32,000 bases of DNA, taken from Candidatus Saccharimonadota bacterium. GTDB taxonomy: Bacteria; Patescibacteriota; Saccharimonadia; Saccharimonadales; UBA4665. Where the stretch lies: the NCBI GenBank assembly GCA_002952755.1, contig CP025011.1:570001-602000 (forward strand), given 5' to 3'. How positions within the stretch are numbered: position 1 is the first letter of the stretch; each line of letters begins with the position of its first letter. Positions 8,800 through 16,377 of the stretch are shown in pieces. The translations under genes and the position numbers were made by a program. The notes beneath the pieces were generated by a model. That model saw nothing but the letters and a program-made list of their open reading frames with translations, was not told the DNA's origin and ran no database searches.

Positions 8800-8827
8800 A
8801 AAAAGACCGTAAGCTCGCGGTCTTTTT
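8800..8827. terminator. Bidirectional rho-independent terminator
   Basis: AAAAAGACCG (8800..8809) pairs with CGGTCTTTTT (8818..8827) around an 8-nt loop. A-tract and T-tract flank it. It lies between convergent genes. Confidence 0.75.
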
Positions 8828-8946
8828 AGTCTGGAATTGCTTGGCCGGGACTAATGCAGGTAATATAACTTTTGACCTTAAAGGCGTCGATGGTGATATA
8901 TAAAAAATACGTAGGCTCTAGAATCTCATCTGCAGACCAGTACGAT

Positions 8947-9234
8947 CTATGATATTTTCTTTTTCTTATTACGGCGTCGAATAACTAGTGAGGCAGCGCC
9001 AATTAGGAGTGTGATAAGCAGCGCACCGGAAACATATAGTACCGTATTATTTACGGTAATGGTTTTGGACGGATTATTTTTCAAACTAAAAGTGGTCGTT
9101 TGTGGTTGGCTTTTTAGGCTTCCATCCGGGTTGCATAAGCGCGCAAAATCTTCGTTAGTAAGCGAATGTGTGCGGCACGCTTCTCCTGCTGAAAGCTCAG
9201 GTTCAGTATTCATATTTCGTAGTATAGCAGTCAT
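8947..9234 (-). CDS. Hypothetical protein with C-terminal TM helix and polybasic tail
   Basis: 95 aa, ending in LYVSGALLITLLIGAASLVIRRRNKKKKIS. No N-terminal signal peptide and no LPXTG motif seen. Confidence 0.35.
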   Translation of the reverse strand: MTAILRNMNTEPELSAGEACRTHSLTNEDFARLCNPDGSLKSQPQTTTFSLKNNPSKTITVNNTVLYVSGALLITLLIGAASLVIRRRNKKKKIS

Positions 9235-9450
9235 GAAGGGCTGTTTGCTTCTGTAGTCTGAACACCTATGTTATATTGGCGGACTAGTAGATCCGACCTA
9301 GTAAGGAGAGCTATTCAACACTTCCGCGATTGCTAACTGGACTGTGCCTTGTGGCGCTAAGCAATGAAAATGGCGCAGAACGAACTGGACGGACCGGCGT
9401 ATACCTAACGCAAGTTACGGATAGCGTGGGGCAATTTTTGTAGTGTTAGC

Positions 9451-10785
9451 TTAGAGTTGTTTGCTTACTTCCGCCGGCCACTCCCGTCGAATAAACGGCT
9501 TGCCCTCAACCTCTTTGGCGAGCTTTTGTATGAGCGCTTCTAATTCTGCGAAACCCCCATCAATTTCTTTTTGCCCGATTGCTATCTTATGCGGCACGAG
9601 GTCTTGGTGGGCGGATTTGAGTTTGGCGCTCAAACTCACACTGCGGTCATCTAACTCTATTCTAAGTGGCAGGTTGGCATATTTTTTGGCTAACTCTAGA
9701 CTAGCATCAACAAATGCTGCGCCAACAGGCAACAGTCGAACTTGCACCGGCTGCAACCAAAGCGGCAGGCCTTTTTCTTCAAAGTCATTGAATAGCAGGT
9801 ATAGATACCGCTCAATACCGCCCGGAATAGCTGAGTGAATGATGACTGGGTGCTTTTTGCTGCCATCCTTGTCTACGTAATGGATATTCAAGCGCGGTGC
9901 GTTGCCAATGTCTACCTGGATGCAACCGATCTCTCGTTCCTGACCCAGCTTATCAATAATCTTGTAATCGACATTTACGACCCAATAGCGGTCAACGCCA
10001 TCTTTCAGGATATTTACAAGCACGTCAGCGCCAAGCTGCCCGGGGATTTGCTCGATATGGCTTAAATACTCTTGCCATAGCTTTTCAGAAGGCACTTCGA
10101 TGACGACTTGGTACTCCCGCTCAGCGTCTTTAGCTGCGCTAACAATCTTCTCCTGCATTTTAGGGAACCACGCAAAGGCTTCGGCTGCGTCCTTAAAGTA
10201 GGGATGAATATCTGGCATGAAGAACCGGCGTTGCCTGAGAAGCAACATCATTTCGCCGCTCTGTTCGTGGCGGTAGCAATCAGATATTGAGAAATGAGCG
10301 AATGGTAGTTGCTTGTAGCTGAGCGGCGCTTTGGCTGCCAGATTGAACTGCGGATAGCTGGCATCATAGCTCATGACTACATCGTTGTCGCCAGACTTGA
10401 ATTGATATAGCCTATCGCCAAACAATGAGGCATATGCCCCAACGACAGGGTGATTTAGATTAAACATGTTTGCCCCATTCACTTCATACACTGGCATACC
10501 GAGCTCATATACGAGCTGGCGGGCATAGTCTTGTACTAACCGGCGCATGAGGTTGGCTTTGTAGTCGTACTGCACATGGCCAATGTCGGCGTTTTGCTCC
10601 CAGCGGAAACCGAGTTTGTTGGCATACTGCAAATAGACTGGTTTGTCGTTGGAGTGTTCAACCAGCACTTCATGTAGCGCCTCACGCCGAATAAACCGGG
10701 CAAATTCGGGATTGATGTCAGGCTGCTTGAGGTAGTCGTTGATCTCGACTACTTGCTTATCTTGTTTTAATACAAAGTATTTCAT
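9451..10785 (-). CDS. thrS: Threonyl-tRNA synthetase, catalytic core plus anticodon-binding domain only (no TGS or editing domains)
   Basis: Class II motif 2 region: SDCYRHEQSGEMMLLLRQRRFFMPDIHPYF. Motif 3 region: VIIHSAIPGGIERYLYLLF. Then LPLWLQPVQVRLLPVG opens the anticodon-binding domain. The Cys/His/His positions that bind zinc in E. coli ThrRS appear conserved. Total length is 444 aa. Confidence 0.8.
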   Translation of the reverse strand: MKYFVLKQDKQVVEINDYLKQPDINPEFARFIRREALHEVLVEHSNDKPVYLQYANKLGFRWEQNADIGHVQYDYKANLMRRLVQDYARQLVYELGMPVYEVNGANMFNLNHPVVGAYASLFGDRLYQFKSGDNDVVMSYDASYPQFNLAAKAPLSYKQLPFAHFSISDCYRHEQSGEMMLLLRQRRFFMPDIHPYFKDAAEAFAWFPKMQEKIVSAAKDAEREYQVVIEVPSEKLWQEYLSHIEQIPGQLGADVLVNILKDGVDRYWVVNVDYKIIDKLGQEREIGCIQVDIGNAPRLNIHYVDKDGSKKHPVIIHSAIPGGIERYLYLLFNDFEEKGLPLWLQPVQVRLLPVGAAFVDASLELAKKYANLPLRIELDDRSVSLSAKLKSAHQDLVPHKIAIGQKEIDGGFAELEALIQKLAKEVEGKPFIRREWPAEVSKQL

Positions 10786-10981
10786 TTAGTAACTCCATAG
10801 GTTAGTAGGTTTGATCCCTACTTTTGGTCCTAGAGGAAGTTTTGTTTCGAGATAAACAAAAACTCCCGCCACCTAGGCGAGAGCTTTTTGAATCAGCGAA
10901 AACCAAGGCGGGCTAGGACAATAGCGTCGTCATTGTTTGGAGATGGTTGCTGATTCGAGATATCATTGTATTAGTATAACA
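10786..10981 (-). promoter_or_regulatory. Structured 5' leader of the thrS-like gene with mutually exclusive helices (attenuator-like) and an extended -10 (TGTTATACT)
   Basis: On the minus strand, GAAUCAGC (10949..10956) pairs with GCUGAUUC (10890..10897). CCCGCC (10907..10912) pairs with GGCGGG (10865..10870), followed by AGUUUUUGUUU. The two helices cross and so cannot coexist. The -10 is at 10973..10981. Confidence 0.3.
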
Positions 10982-10989
10982 TTAAAGAT
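10982..10989. repeat. Left copy of the 8-bp target-site duplication TTAAAGAT
   Basis: Identical to 20166..20173 on the same strand. It directly abuts the outer end of IR-L. Confidence 0.85.
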
Positions 10990-11016
10990 GGCAATTATAT
11001 ACTTGACGTTACCAAA
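10990..11016. repeat. Terminal inverted repeat IR-L (GGCAATTATATACTTGACGTTACCAAA)
   Basis: Exact reverse complement of 20139..20165. Confidence 0.9.
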
Positions 11017-11019
11017 ATG

Positions 11020-11045
11020 AAAAAGAGGCTATTTGGCCTCTTTTT
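11020..11045. terminator. Rho-independent terminator (bidirectional) overlapping the stop of the 56-aa gene
   Basis: AAAAAGAGGC (11020..11029) pairs with GCCTCTTTTT (11036..11045) around a 6-nt loop. The T-run extends to 11047. Confidence 0.7.
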
Positions 11046-11199
11046 TTGGTGGCGGAGTTTGGGAGATCTTCTTAACGGCTTTCCTGAAAGGCGTGTTTAA
11101 CTTTACCCGCTTTTCAGCAGGATTTACCTTAGCTTGATCAACTTTAATTTGTTTGGCCAGCTTCTCTAGTTGCTCTTTGCTCGGCTGGTTGTCTGGCAT
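11029..11199 (-). CDS. Small lysine-rich hypothetical protein, 56 aa (not in the ORF track)
   Basis: ATG at 11199 is preceded by a perfect AGGAGG with 5-nt spacing and a TATAAT about 20 nt further upstream. Translation: MPDNQPSKEQLEKLAKQIKVDQAKVNPAEKRVKLNTPFRKAVKKISQTPPPKKEAK. The terminator sits at its stop. Confidence 0.5.
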   Translation of the reverse strand: MPDNQPSKEQLEKLAKQIKVDQAKVNPAEKRVKLNTPFRKAVKKISQTPPPKKEAK

Positions 11200-11432
11200 A
11201 GAAACCTCCTGCCACTATTATAATCTATAGCGAGCTGTCGAAAACGGATGGATATCAACTATTCTTTCTCGACACTTATCCCTTGAGCCTTTTATCTCAT
11301 CGCTTTCCGTCATACTAAATGCATCTTGAAAGCGCTATAGGTCTGACATATAAAAACAGAAGCCTCAAAAAAAGCTGATAGCCAGGAACGGCTGAACTCA
11401 TCAGGGGCTTTTTAATAGTCTACCTGTTCGTT

Positions 11433-11795
11433 ATGGTCTATCAGCTGGTTCATGGCCTTGTCTTAACAGGTGGCTCTAATGTCTTATATAACAATCCGGC
11501 CCTTGCAAAGACACAAGATTTCTCTCTGCCTTTAAGCGGTTTACTAGTATACGACATACCGAACTTAATCTTAGCCGCCCTAGGAGTAGTCTTCCTGATC
11601 TTGGCCTTTAAGAAAATGAAGGCGGCAATCGCCTGCGGCCTTGTTCTAAGTATTCTATGGCCCGTTGTTCTCCTTATTTGGCATGTGGCGGGAGAAAAAT
11701 CTCATTTCGGTACCATTGTGGATATACTGCCAAATATCATTAATATCTTTTATCTTTTGCTGTCCAAGCGGGTAAAAGCTCCATTCGTTAAGTGA
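11433..11795 (+). CDS. Hypothetical small membrane protein
   Basis: 120 aa with 2-3 hydrophobic helices (ILAALGVVFLILAF, ACGLVLSILWPVVLLIW). No family recognised. Confidence 0.4.
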   Translation: MVYQLVHGLVLTGGSNVLYNNPALAKTQDFSLPLSGLLVYDIPNLILAALGVVFLILAFKKMKAAIACGLVLSILWPVVLLIWHVAGEKSHFGTIVDILPNIINIFYLLLSKRVKAPFVK

Positions 11796-12036
11796 TTCCC
11801 TAGTTTGCGGCATTGGTTCATCTTGCAGAAAGTAAGCAGTAAAGGGTCAACACAGACGTTTATTGCCAAACGGTATGGGGAGGATGACACATTTGCTTAA
11901 GGCTAGCTTAACTACAGGTCATATGAGCCGACATTAAGATAACATATAGCCTATTAAAACCATGGTTTCAAAGCTGCATTAAGGAAATTCTTTCGTCTCT
12001 TTATTCGTACCGTTGGATGGACAAGCAGCGAAATAA

Positions 12037-12839
12037 TCAGGCACTGCCAGGCGGCAGTAAGCTTTTGCCGCCCATCGTATCCTGCAAGGCAGCAACGATC
12101 TCAGTCTCACGCGTAGTCTGGGGAGCGATTCGTTCATACCGTTTGCTCGGTAATCCCTGGGTTTTACGTTCTACCAGTTCACGAACTTGTTCGCTGTATG
12201 CGTCATGATAGTCTTCTAAATATAATGGGCCACTGAATCGTTTTACTACCATGCTCAATGCCTCCAACTCTGCCGGAGCGAGTTTCGGAAGGGCAGGCGT
12301 TTGAGTGTATTTCTCGGAATAATCTTAGCGGCAAAATGCAATTGCTGGAGTACTATAACGTCGCCCTGAACTCCAAGCACCGCGATATGCTCATGAGCGT
12401 ATATGACGAAATGGGCAACTGCTACCTTGTGCTGCCGATCCAACACCTCACGCATTAGAGCATAGGCGCGTTCGCCACCTTTGGAAGGTACAATATAAAA
12501 TGGTTTATCAAAGTACAGAGTAGGTATGGCTTCCGGTTCACAAAACTGTAGGATACTAATTGCCTTGCTCGACAAGTTTTTACTGGTGGTCAGTTCATCA
12601 TCGGTAAAAGTGATATAGCGCCCCGGTTCATACTCAATACCACGCACTACTTCCGAAGCATCTATTTTTCGGTGTTTTATCTGGCAATGCAGCTCACGTT
12701 CGACGGGTGATCCATCCGCTTCATGTAATTGTACGAATCGGGGCCGGATTGACTGAATAGCCGTATAGAGCCGGACTGGGATACCCAACCTTCCTAACGT
12801 GAGATACCCCTGCCATGCTGCATGGTTGGTGTGTGCCAT
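12037..12839 (-). pseudogene. ku: Ku (NHEJ DNA-end-binding protein), split by a frameshift
   Basis: The N-terminal ORF (12255..12839) starts WQGYLTLGRLGIPVRLYTA, the typical bacterial Ku start, and has a Ku core. The C-terminal part continues in another frame as ...TPALPKLAPAELEALSMVVKRFSGPLYLEDYHDAYSEQVRELVERK (12037..about 12324). The frame switch must lie within 12255..12324. Confidence 0.75.
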
Positions 12840-12934
12840 GATAAACGTATCCTTTAGTATTTATAGGTGATGAGTCAACTAGCCAGTAAACGTGCAGACA
12901 ACTGCTTAGCTGAACTGTCCGACCGACTGCAAAC

Positions 12935-13834
12935 TTATGGCAAGTGATTGCCGCCCGTAACCCCTAGTACCTCTGCTGTAATATAGCTCGATTCCTGTGA
13001 CGCAAAAAACACATACGCTGGTGCAAGTTCTGCTGGTTGCGCCGGACGGCCAAGTGGCACCTGACTACCAAAATCTGGGACTTTCTCCTCTGGTTGACCG
13101 TGGCTCGGCTGCAGGGGTGTCCAGACCGGACCTGGCGCCACCGCATTAACGCGGATACCCTTATCAGCTAGTTGTTTCGCTAAAGCTTTTGTAAACGCCA
13201 CAACGGCTGCTTTAGTCGAAGCGTAATCGAGTAACGTCGGTGAGGGCTGGTACGACTGGATAGAGGCAGTGTTTATAATAGTCGCCCCCGCTGGCATATG
13301 TGGGATCGCATATTTACAGAGCCAGAACATGGCATATACATTGGTACGGAATGTTTTGTCGAACTGATCGGTGCTAACGTCAGCTATATCTTCGACCGCT
13401 CGCTGCTTGCCTGCGATATTCGCAAGTATATCGATACCACCAAGTTCTTTGACAGTAGTCTCAACGAGTTCTTTACAGAACCCCTCGTCAGTGATGTCAC
13501 CGGGGCATGGTACGGCTTTGCGACCAGCCTGCGTAATGAGCTCGACCACTTCCTGGGCATCGGTTTCTTCTTCAGGTAGATAGGACAGTATGATGTCTGC
13601 CCCCTCTCGGGCGAATGCTATAGCGGTCGCTCGGCCAATACCTGAATCTGCTCCCGTTACTAACGCCTTACGGCCGGTTAGTCTACCCCTCCCCTCGTAG
13701 GATTCTTCCCCGTGGTCGGGTTTGGGATTCATGTCTTTGGCAAGTCCGGGCTCTGACTGCGTTTGTTTATCAAATGGTGGCTTGGGGTACTGTTCAGTCG
13801 GGTCTTGCATAGTTGTTTGGTCAATATCTGCCAT
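12935..13834 (-). CDS. SDR-family oxidoreductase of the YdaD/YghA (general stress protein 39-like) type
   Basis: A long N-terminal extension precedes [35 protein letters not shown], then NIAG and the SIQSY...Y..TK catalytic region. Confidence 0.85.
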   Translation of the reverse strand: MADIDQTTMQDPTEQYPKPPFDKQTQSEPGLAKDMNPKPDHGEESYEGRGRLTGRKALVTGADSGIGRATAIAFAREGADIILSYLPEEETDAQEVVELITQAGRKAVPCPGDITDEGFCKELVETTVKELGGIDILANIAGKQRAVEDIADVSTDQFDKTFRTNVYAMFWLCKYAIPHMPAGATIINTASIQSYQPSPTLLDYASTKAAVVAFTKALAKQLADKGIRVNAVAPGPVWTPLQPSHGQPEEKVPDFGSQVPLGRPAQPAELAPAYVFFASQESSYITAEVLGVTGGNHLP

Positions 13835-13854
13835 ATAAAGTATTCTCCTTGTGT

Positions 13855-14130
13855 TTAAGCGTTCGTGTGGTGAGATCGATGCTGAAAGGCATTAAGCAGA
13901 AATACGAGTATTAGAGAACCGACAAATGACCAGGCGAGTCCAACCCATGAAAATGATAGATAGGCTTGACTGCCACCGCTCAATAGACTTGATAGCAGAC
14001 CACCAATAATCGATCCAACGATGCCGATGATGACGCTGGCGATAACACCTTCTTCACGGCCCGCTACTTTTGCTGCCAACCAACCAATAAATCCACCTAT
14101 AATTAGTGCGATAATAAGGCTCATAATCAC
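13855..14130 (-). CDS. GlsB/YeaQ/YmgE-family stress-response membrane protein
   Basis: 91 aa. [13 protein letters not shown]...[11 protein letters not shown] glycine-zipper TM repeats are typical of the transglycosylase-associated family. Confidence 0.8.
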   Translation of the reverse strand: MIMSLIIALIIGGFIGWLAAKVAGREEGVIASVIIGIVGSIIGGLLSSLLSGGSQAYLSFSWVGLAWSFVGSLILVFLLNAFQHRSHHTNA

Positions 14131-14314
14131 CCCCGTTTCTTTAGTTGATCCTTACTGCCTACGATCTTCAGTCCCCTCCAGCTCTTAATGAGCCAACTAC
14201 CGTTTTATCGCCCCTTTGACTGCGAGCTTCAGTACACTTTTCAGAATTCCCATAATGCTAACTCCTATACCTTTACGTATTATTGCTTTTCTCCTACTGC
14301 CTAACAGGACAGCT

Positions 14315-14545
14315 CTAGGACCTTGGATGCCACTTGCCATCGTCACCCTTCTCGTACTTTTGCTTAACGGCCTGCCATGCTACCCGGTGAGCGACCTCCT
14401 CCCGGCTGCTATCACCCCGCCGATCTTTCGGCTCTTTGTATTCATCCCAGGCGCTGTCGAAGGCTTCACGGTATATATCTTGAGCATGAGCAGGAAGGAC
14501 GTTCGTCACGCTATCAGGTAATTCGCTGTTCTGCTTGTAGGGCAT
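14315..14545 (-). CDS. chaB: ChaB-family protein
   Basis: Internal ATG at 14545 with GGAGGGGAG as SD, 19 nt after the upstream gene's stop. MPYKQNSELPDSVTNVLPAHAQDIYREAFDSAW...VAWQAVKQKYEK matches the ChaB pattern. Confidence 0.75.
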   Translation of the reverse strand: MPYKQNSELPDSVTNVLPAHAQDIYREAFDSAWDEYKEPKDRRGDSSREEVAHRVAWQAVKQKYEKGDDGKWHPRS

Positions 14546-14564
14546 GGTCGGCTCCCCTCCCCGA

Positions 14565-15128
14565 TTACTGTGTGATTGCCGCCGCGATTCGTGCCGGTAA
14601 ACTTTGGTGCTCAATGACTGCTAGCTGCTCAGCGCCATGTGCTTCAAAGCACTTCTGTACTTCTTGCTCGCTTACTTTGTTATCCTCTACGCCCAATAAG
14701 ACTCCACCGGCCTTAATGACAGATTCGTGGTGTTTTGCCGTTTCCTCCGGTATGCCGAGTCCGACCAGTGCGCCGACAATGCCGCCTGCCGTGGCTCCCA
14801 CGGCACCACCGGTCACGGTAGCTAATGCCACCCAGCCGAGGCCTGCTAGCAGCACGACCGGGCCAGCTACGAACATACCGGCCGTGGCGACGGCTCCCGC
14901 TATAAGCCCGGCAAGTCCTCCGGCCACTCCACTGACTGCAGCGCCGCCACCGGCTACTTTTCCGCTGGTGGATTCAGCAATCGTGCCCTTGAAGTTGTCA
15001 GTCTTCTCTGTATCTTCTTGGCCTATGACTGAGAAATCCTCCGGCGGAACACCCGCTTCCTCAAGTTCCATAATTGCTTCGTTTGCTTCCTTCCGATCAG
15101 GGAAGGCACCGATTACTAGTTTTGCCAT
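14565..15128 (-). CDS. YflT/GSP17M-like general stress protein with central Gly/Ala-rich membrane segment
   Basis: The N-terminus (KLVIGAFPDRKEANEAIMELEEAGVPPEDFSVIG) and C-terminus (GIPEETAKHHESVIKAGGVLLGVE) flank a G/A-rich hydrophobic core. Confidence 0.6.
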   Translation of the reverse strand: MAKLVIGAFPDRKEANEAIMELEEAGVPPEDFSVIGQEDTEKTDNFKGTIAESTSGKVAGGGAAVSGVAGGLAGLIAGAVATAGMFVAGPVVLLAGLGWVALATVTGGAVGATAGGIVGALVGLGIPEETAKHHESVIKAGGVLLGVEDNKVSEQEVQKCFEAHGAEQLAVIEHQSLPARIAAAITQ

Positions 15129-15158
15129 AAGCTCCTCCTTACTGTGCTTAACGTTTGC

Positions 15159-15518
15159 TTATACATGTGCGTGCGGTTCGTGGTGGTGGGTATTTACCGT
15201 GATCGCACCGCTTGCCCAGGCAAGGACCGCCACGACAACACCAACAATCACCTCATTCCAGCGCGCTGCGGTCGTTGTACCAGATATTGCCCATGTGGCA
15301 ATAATGATCCAAATTCCGATCAGTAGATTTATCCAACTTGGCCAAGCCACGTTCGGCGCAGCCAGACGGATTATTCCAAGTATCGCAATGATCGCCCCGC
15401 ACATTACTTCCTGCCACTTATTACCGCTTGAAGCATAGTTTAGTACGAAAGGTGCGATAATCAGCCAGAAACCGGCTAACACGTTAATGCCGCTTAATGT
15501 TCTTGTTGAGTCATCCAT
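15159..15518 (-). CDS. SPW-repeat membrane protein
   Basis: Two repeats of the SPW-family pattern: NVLAGFWLIIAPFVLNY and WINLLIGIWIIIATWAISG. Four TM helices. Confidence 0.65.
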   Translation of the reverse strand: MDDSTRTLSGINVLAGFWLIIAPFVLNYASSGNKWQEVMCGAIIAILGIIRLAAPNVAWPSWINLLIGIWIIIATWAISGTTTAARWNEVIVGVVVAVLAWASGAITVNTHHHEPHAHV

Positions 15519-15534
15519 GGTGTAACTTCCGGCC

Positions 15535-15762
15535 TTACATATTTACACTCAACGCAATATAGGTGTTCAGAGTACTCTTCTTTGTACAAGGGAACCAATC
15601 ACTCCTGCCTAATGTGATGGGCGTGAGCTCACGTAGATTCCCCATCGTCGAAGGTGTAACTAGGGCAGTCGCTTTGGGGGTCATGTTTTCCGGGCTTTTA
15701 ACCGGAAGTATGACCTCTTGGCTGTCCTGGCTGGTATCCTTCTTTGGTAAAACATTAGACAT
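15535..15762 (-). CDS. Hypothetical protein (weak call)
   Basis: 75-aa ORF with AAGGAAGG about 10 nt upstream of the ATG. It fills the gap in a co-directional chain. No family recognised. Confidence 0.3.
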   Translation of the reverse strand: MSNVLPKKDTSQDSQEVILPVKSPENMTPKATALVTPSTMGNLRELTPITLGRSDWFPCTKKSTLNTYIALSVNM

Positions 15763-15787
15763 AAGCCATTACCTTCCTTTAGGGGTT

Positions 15788-15811
15788 AGAGGAGAGCCGA
15801 AGCTCTCCTCT
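15788..15811 (-). other. Stable intercistronic RNA hairpin with UUCG tetraloop
   Basis: AGAGGAGAGC (15788..15797) pairs with GCTCTCCTCT (15802..15811). On the transcribed minus strand the loop reads UUCG. No U-run follows, so it is not a classical terminator. Confidence 0.5.
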
Positions 15812-15818
15812 AGAGCGT

Positions 15819-16025
15819 CTACTCATTTTCACTGCGACGACCGCCGCTGTGACTGTTCTCGCCACCCTTAACTTTTGCTTCGTGGGGTTCTGCTTCAGCA
15901 CCCCTCTTCCCAAGCTTTGACATGTCCTGCTTTGAGCTGCTGGCTTGACCGCCTTTGCTGGCTATTTCACGCTGTTTGTCGTCATCCATCGCTGCAAATC
16001 CACGGTTGCTGTTGTTGTCTGCCAT
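15819..16025 (-). CDS. KGG-repeat stress-induced protein (YciG/GsiB-like)
   Basis: 68 aa. RGFAAMDDDKQREIASKGGQASS and KVKGGENSHSGG repeats. AAGGAG is the SD. Confidence 0.8.
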   Translation of the reverse strand: MADNNSNRGFAAMDDDKQREIASKGGQASSSKQDMSKLGKRGAEAEPHEAKVKGGENSHSGGRRSENE

Positions 16026-16061
16026 AATATTTCTCCTTCTTCCTTAGATAAACTTCGCTCG

Positions 16062-16175
16062 CTATTGGTTGTTATTGCTGCGACCACCACGGCTGGCTTT
16101 GCCGCCTTCACTGGCAACCCGCTTGCGGGTCTTCTCGTCGGCACTGGCCAAACCACGCTTGCTGTTCTTTGCCAT
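16062..16175 (-). CDS. Second KGG-type stress protein, 37 aa (not in the ORF track)
   Basis: ATG at 16175 is preceded by AAGGAGG. Translation: MAKNSKRGLASADEKTRKRVASEGGKASRGGRSNNNQ. It parallels the N-terminal half of the downstream paralogue. Confidence 0.6.
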   Translation of the reverse strand: MAKNSKRGLASADEKTRKRVASEGGKASRGGRSNNNQ

Positions 16176-16285
16176 AACGCCCTCCTTCGCTTACGTTGAT
16201 ATTGCAAGTTTTACTGTAGCTTGATTGCCCAAAGCATGCCGTTAGCTTCCTCGCGGTACAAACCTCCCAAAGCTAACGATGAACT

Positions 16286-16301
16286 TGTGAGACCTGACAC
16301 A
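16286..16301. promoter_or_regulatory. CRP/FNR-type site TGTGA-N6-ACACA
   Basis: Located in the divergent region between the stress gene chain and the crp/fnr-like gene. The left half is perfect and the right half matches 4 of 5 positions of TCACA. Confidence 0.3.
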
Positions 16302-16377
16302 GGATCAGAGGTAATATATCGCTTACGAGCAAGGCGAGGCAGCGGCTATTTCCTAGCTATGGCGCATTTTTTTAGCT

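Noticed and set aside
8947-9234. Sortase-anchored (LPXTG) surface protein call for the 95-aa ORF
   Set aside because: The TM helix plus basic tail is reminiscent of a sorting signal. However, there is no LPXTG-like motif and no N-terminal signal peptide. It is kept only as a low-confidence hypothetical.
9461-10290. Plus-strand ORFs inside the thrS-like gene (9461..9838, 9835..10065, 10108..10290)
   Set aside because: They are antisense to a strongly supported class II aaRS gene and have no independent support.
10805-10821. tRNA T-arm-like hairpin GTAGG-TTTGATC-CCTAC
   Set aside because: No matching acceptor stem, D-arm or anticodon arm lies at the required distances. It sits in the 5' UTR of the thrS-like gene on the opposite strand. 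I therefore treat it as part of that leader.
10853-10956. Canonical T-box riboswitch call for the thrS-like leader
   Set aside because: The GGUGGC-containing segment lies on the 3' arm of the terminator-like helix rather than the 5' side of an antiterminator. No clear Stem I with K-turn and distal loops could be traced, and the leader is short. It is kept only as a generic attenuator candidate pending cmsearch.
14377-15438. Longest + strand ORF in the island (353 aa)
   Set aside because: It lies entirely antisense to three well-supported minus-strand genes (ChaB, YflT-like, SPW). Its product is low-complexity Ala/Pro/Ser/Thr-rich, as expected for the reverse frame of Gly/Ala-rich coding DNA. 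It has no SD and no recognisable domain.
15563-15871. 102-aa + strand ORF between the SPW and KGG genes
   Set aside because: It is antisense to the co-directional gene chain, overlaps the KGG gene's 3' end and the UUCG hairpin, and has no SD.
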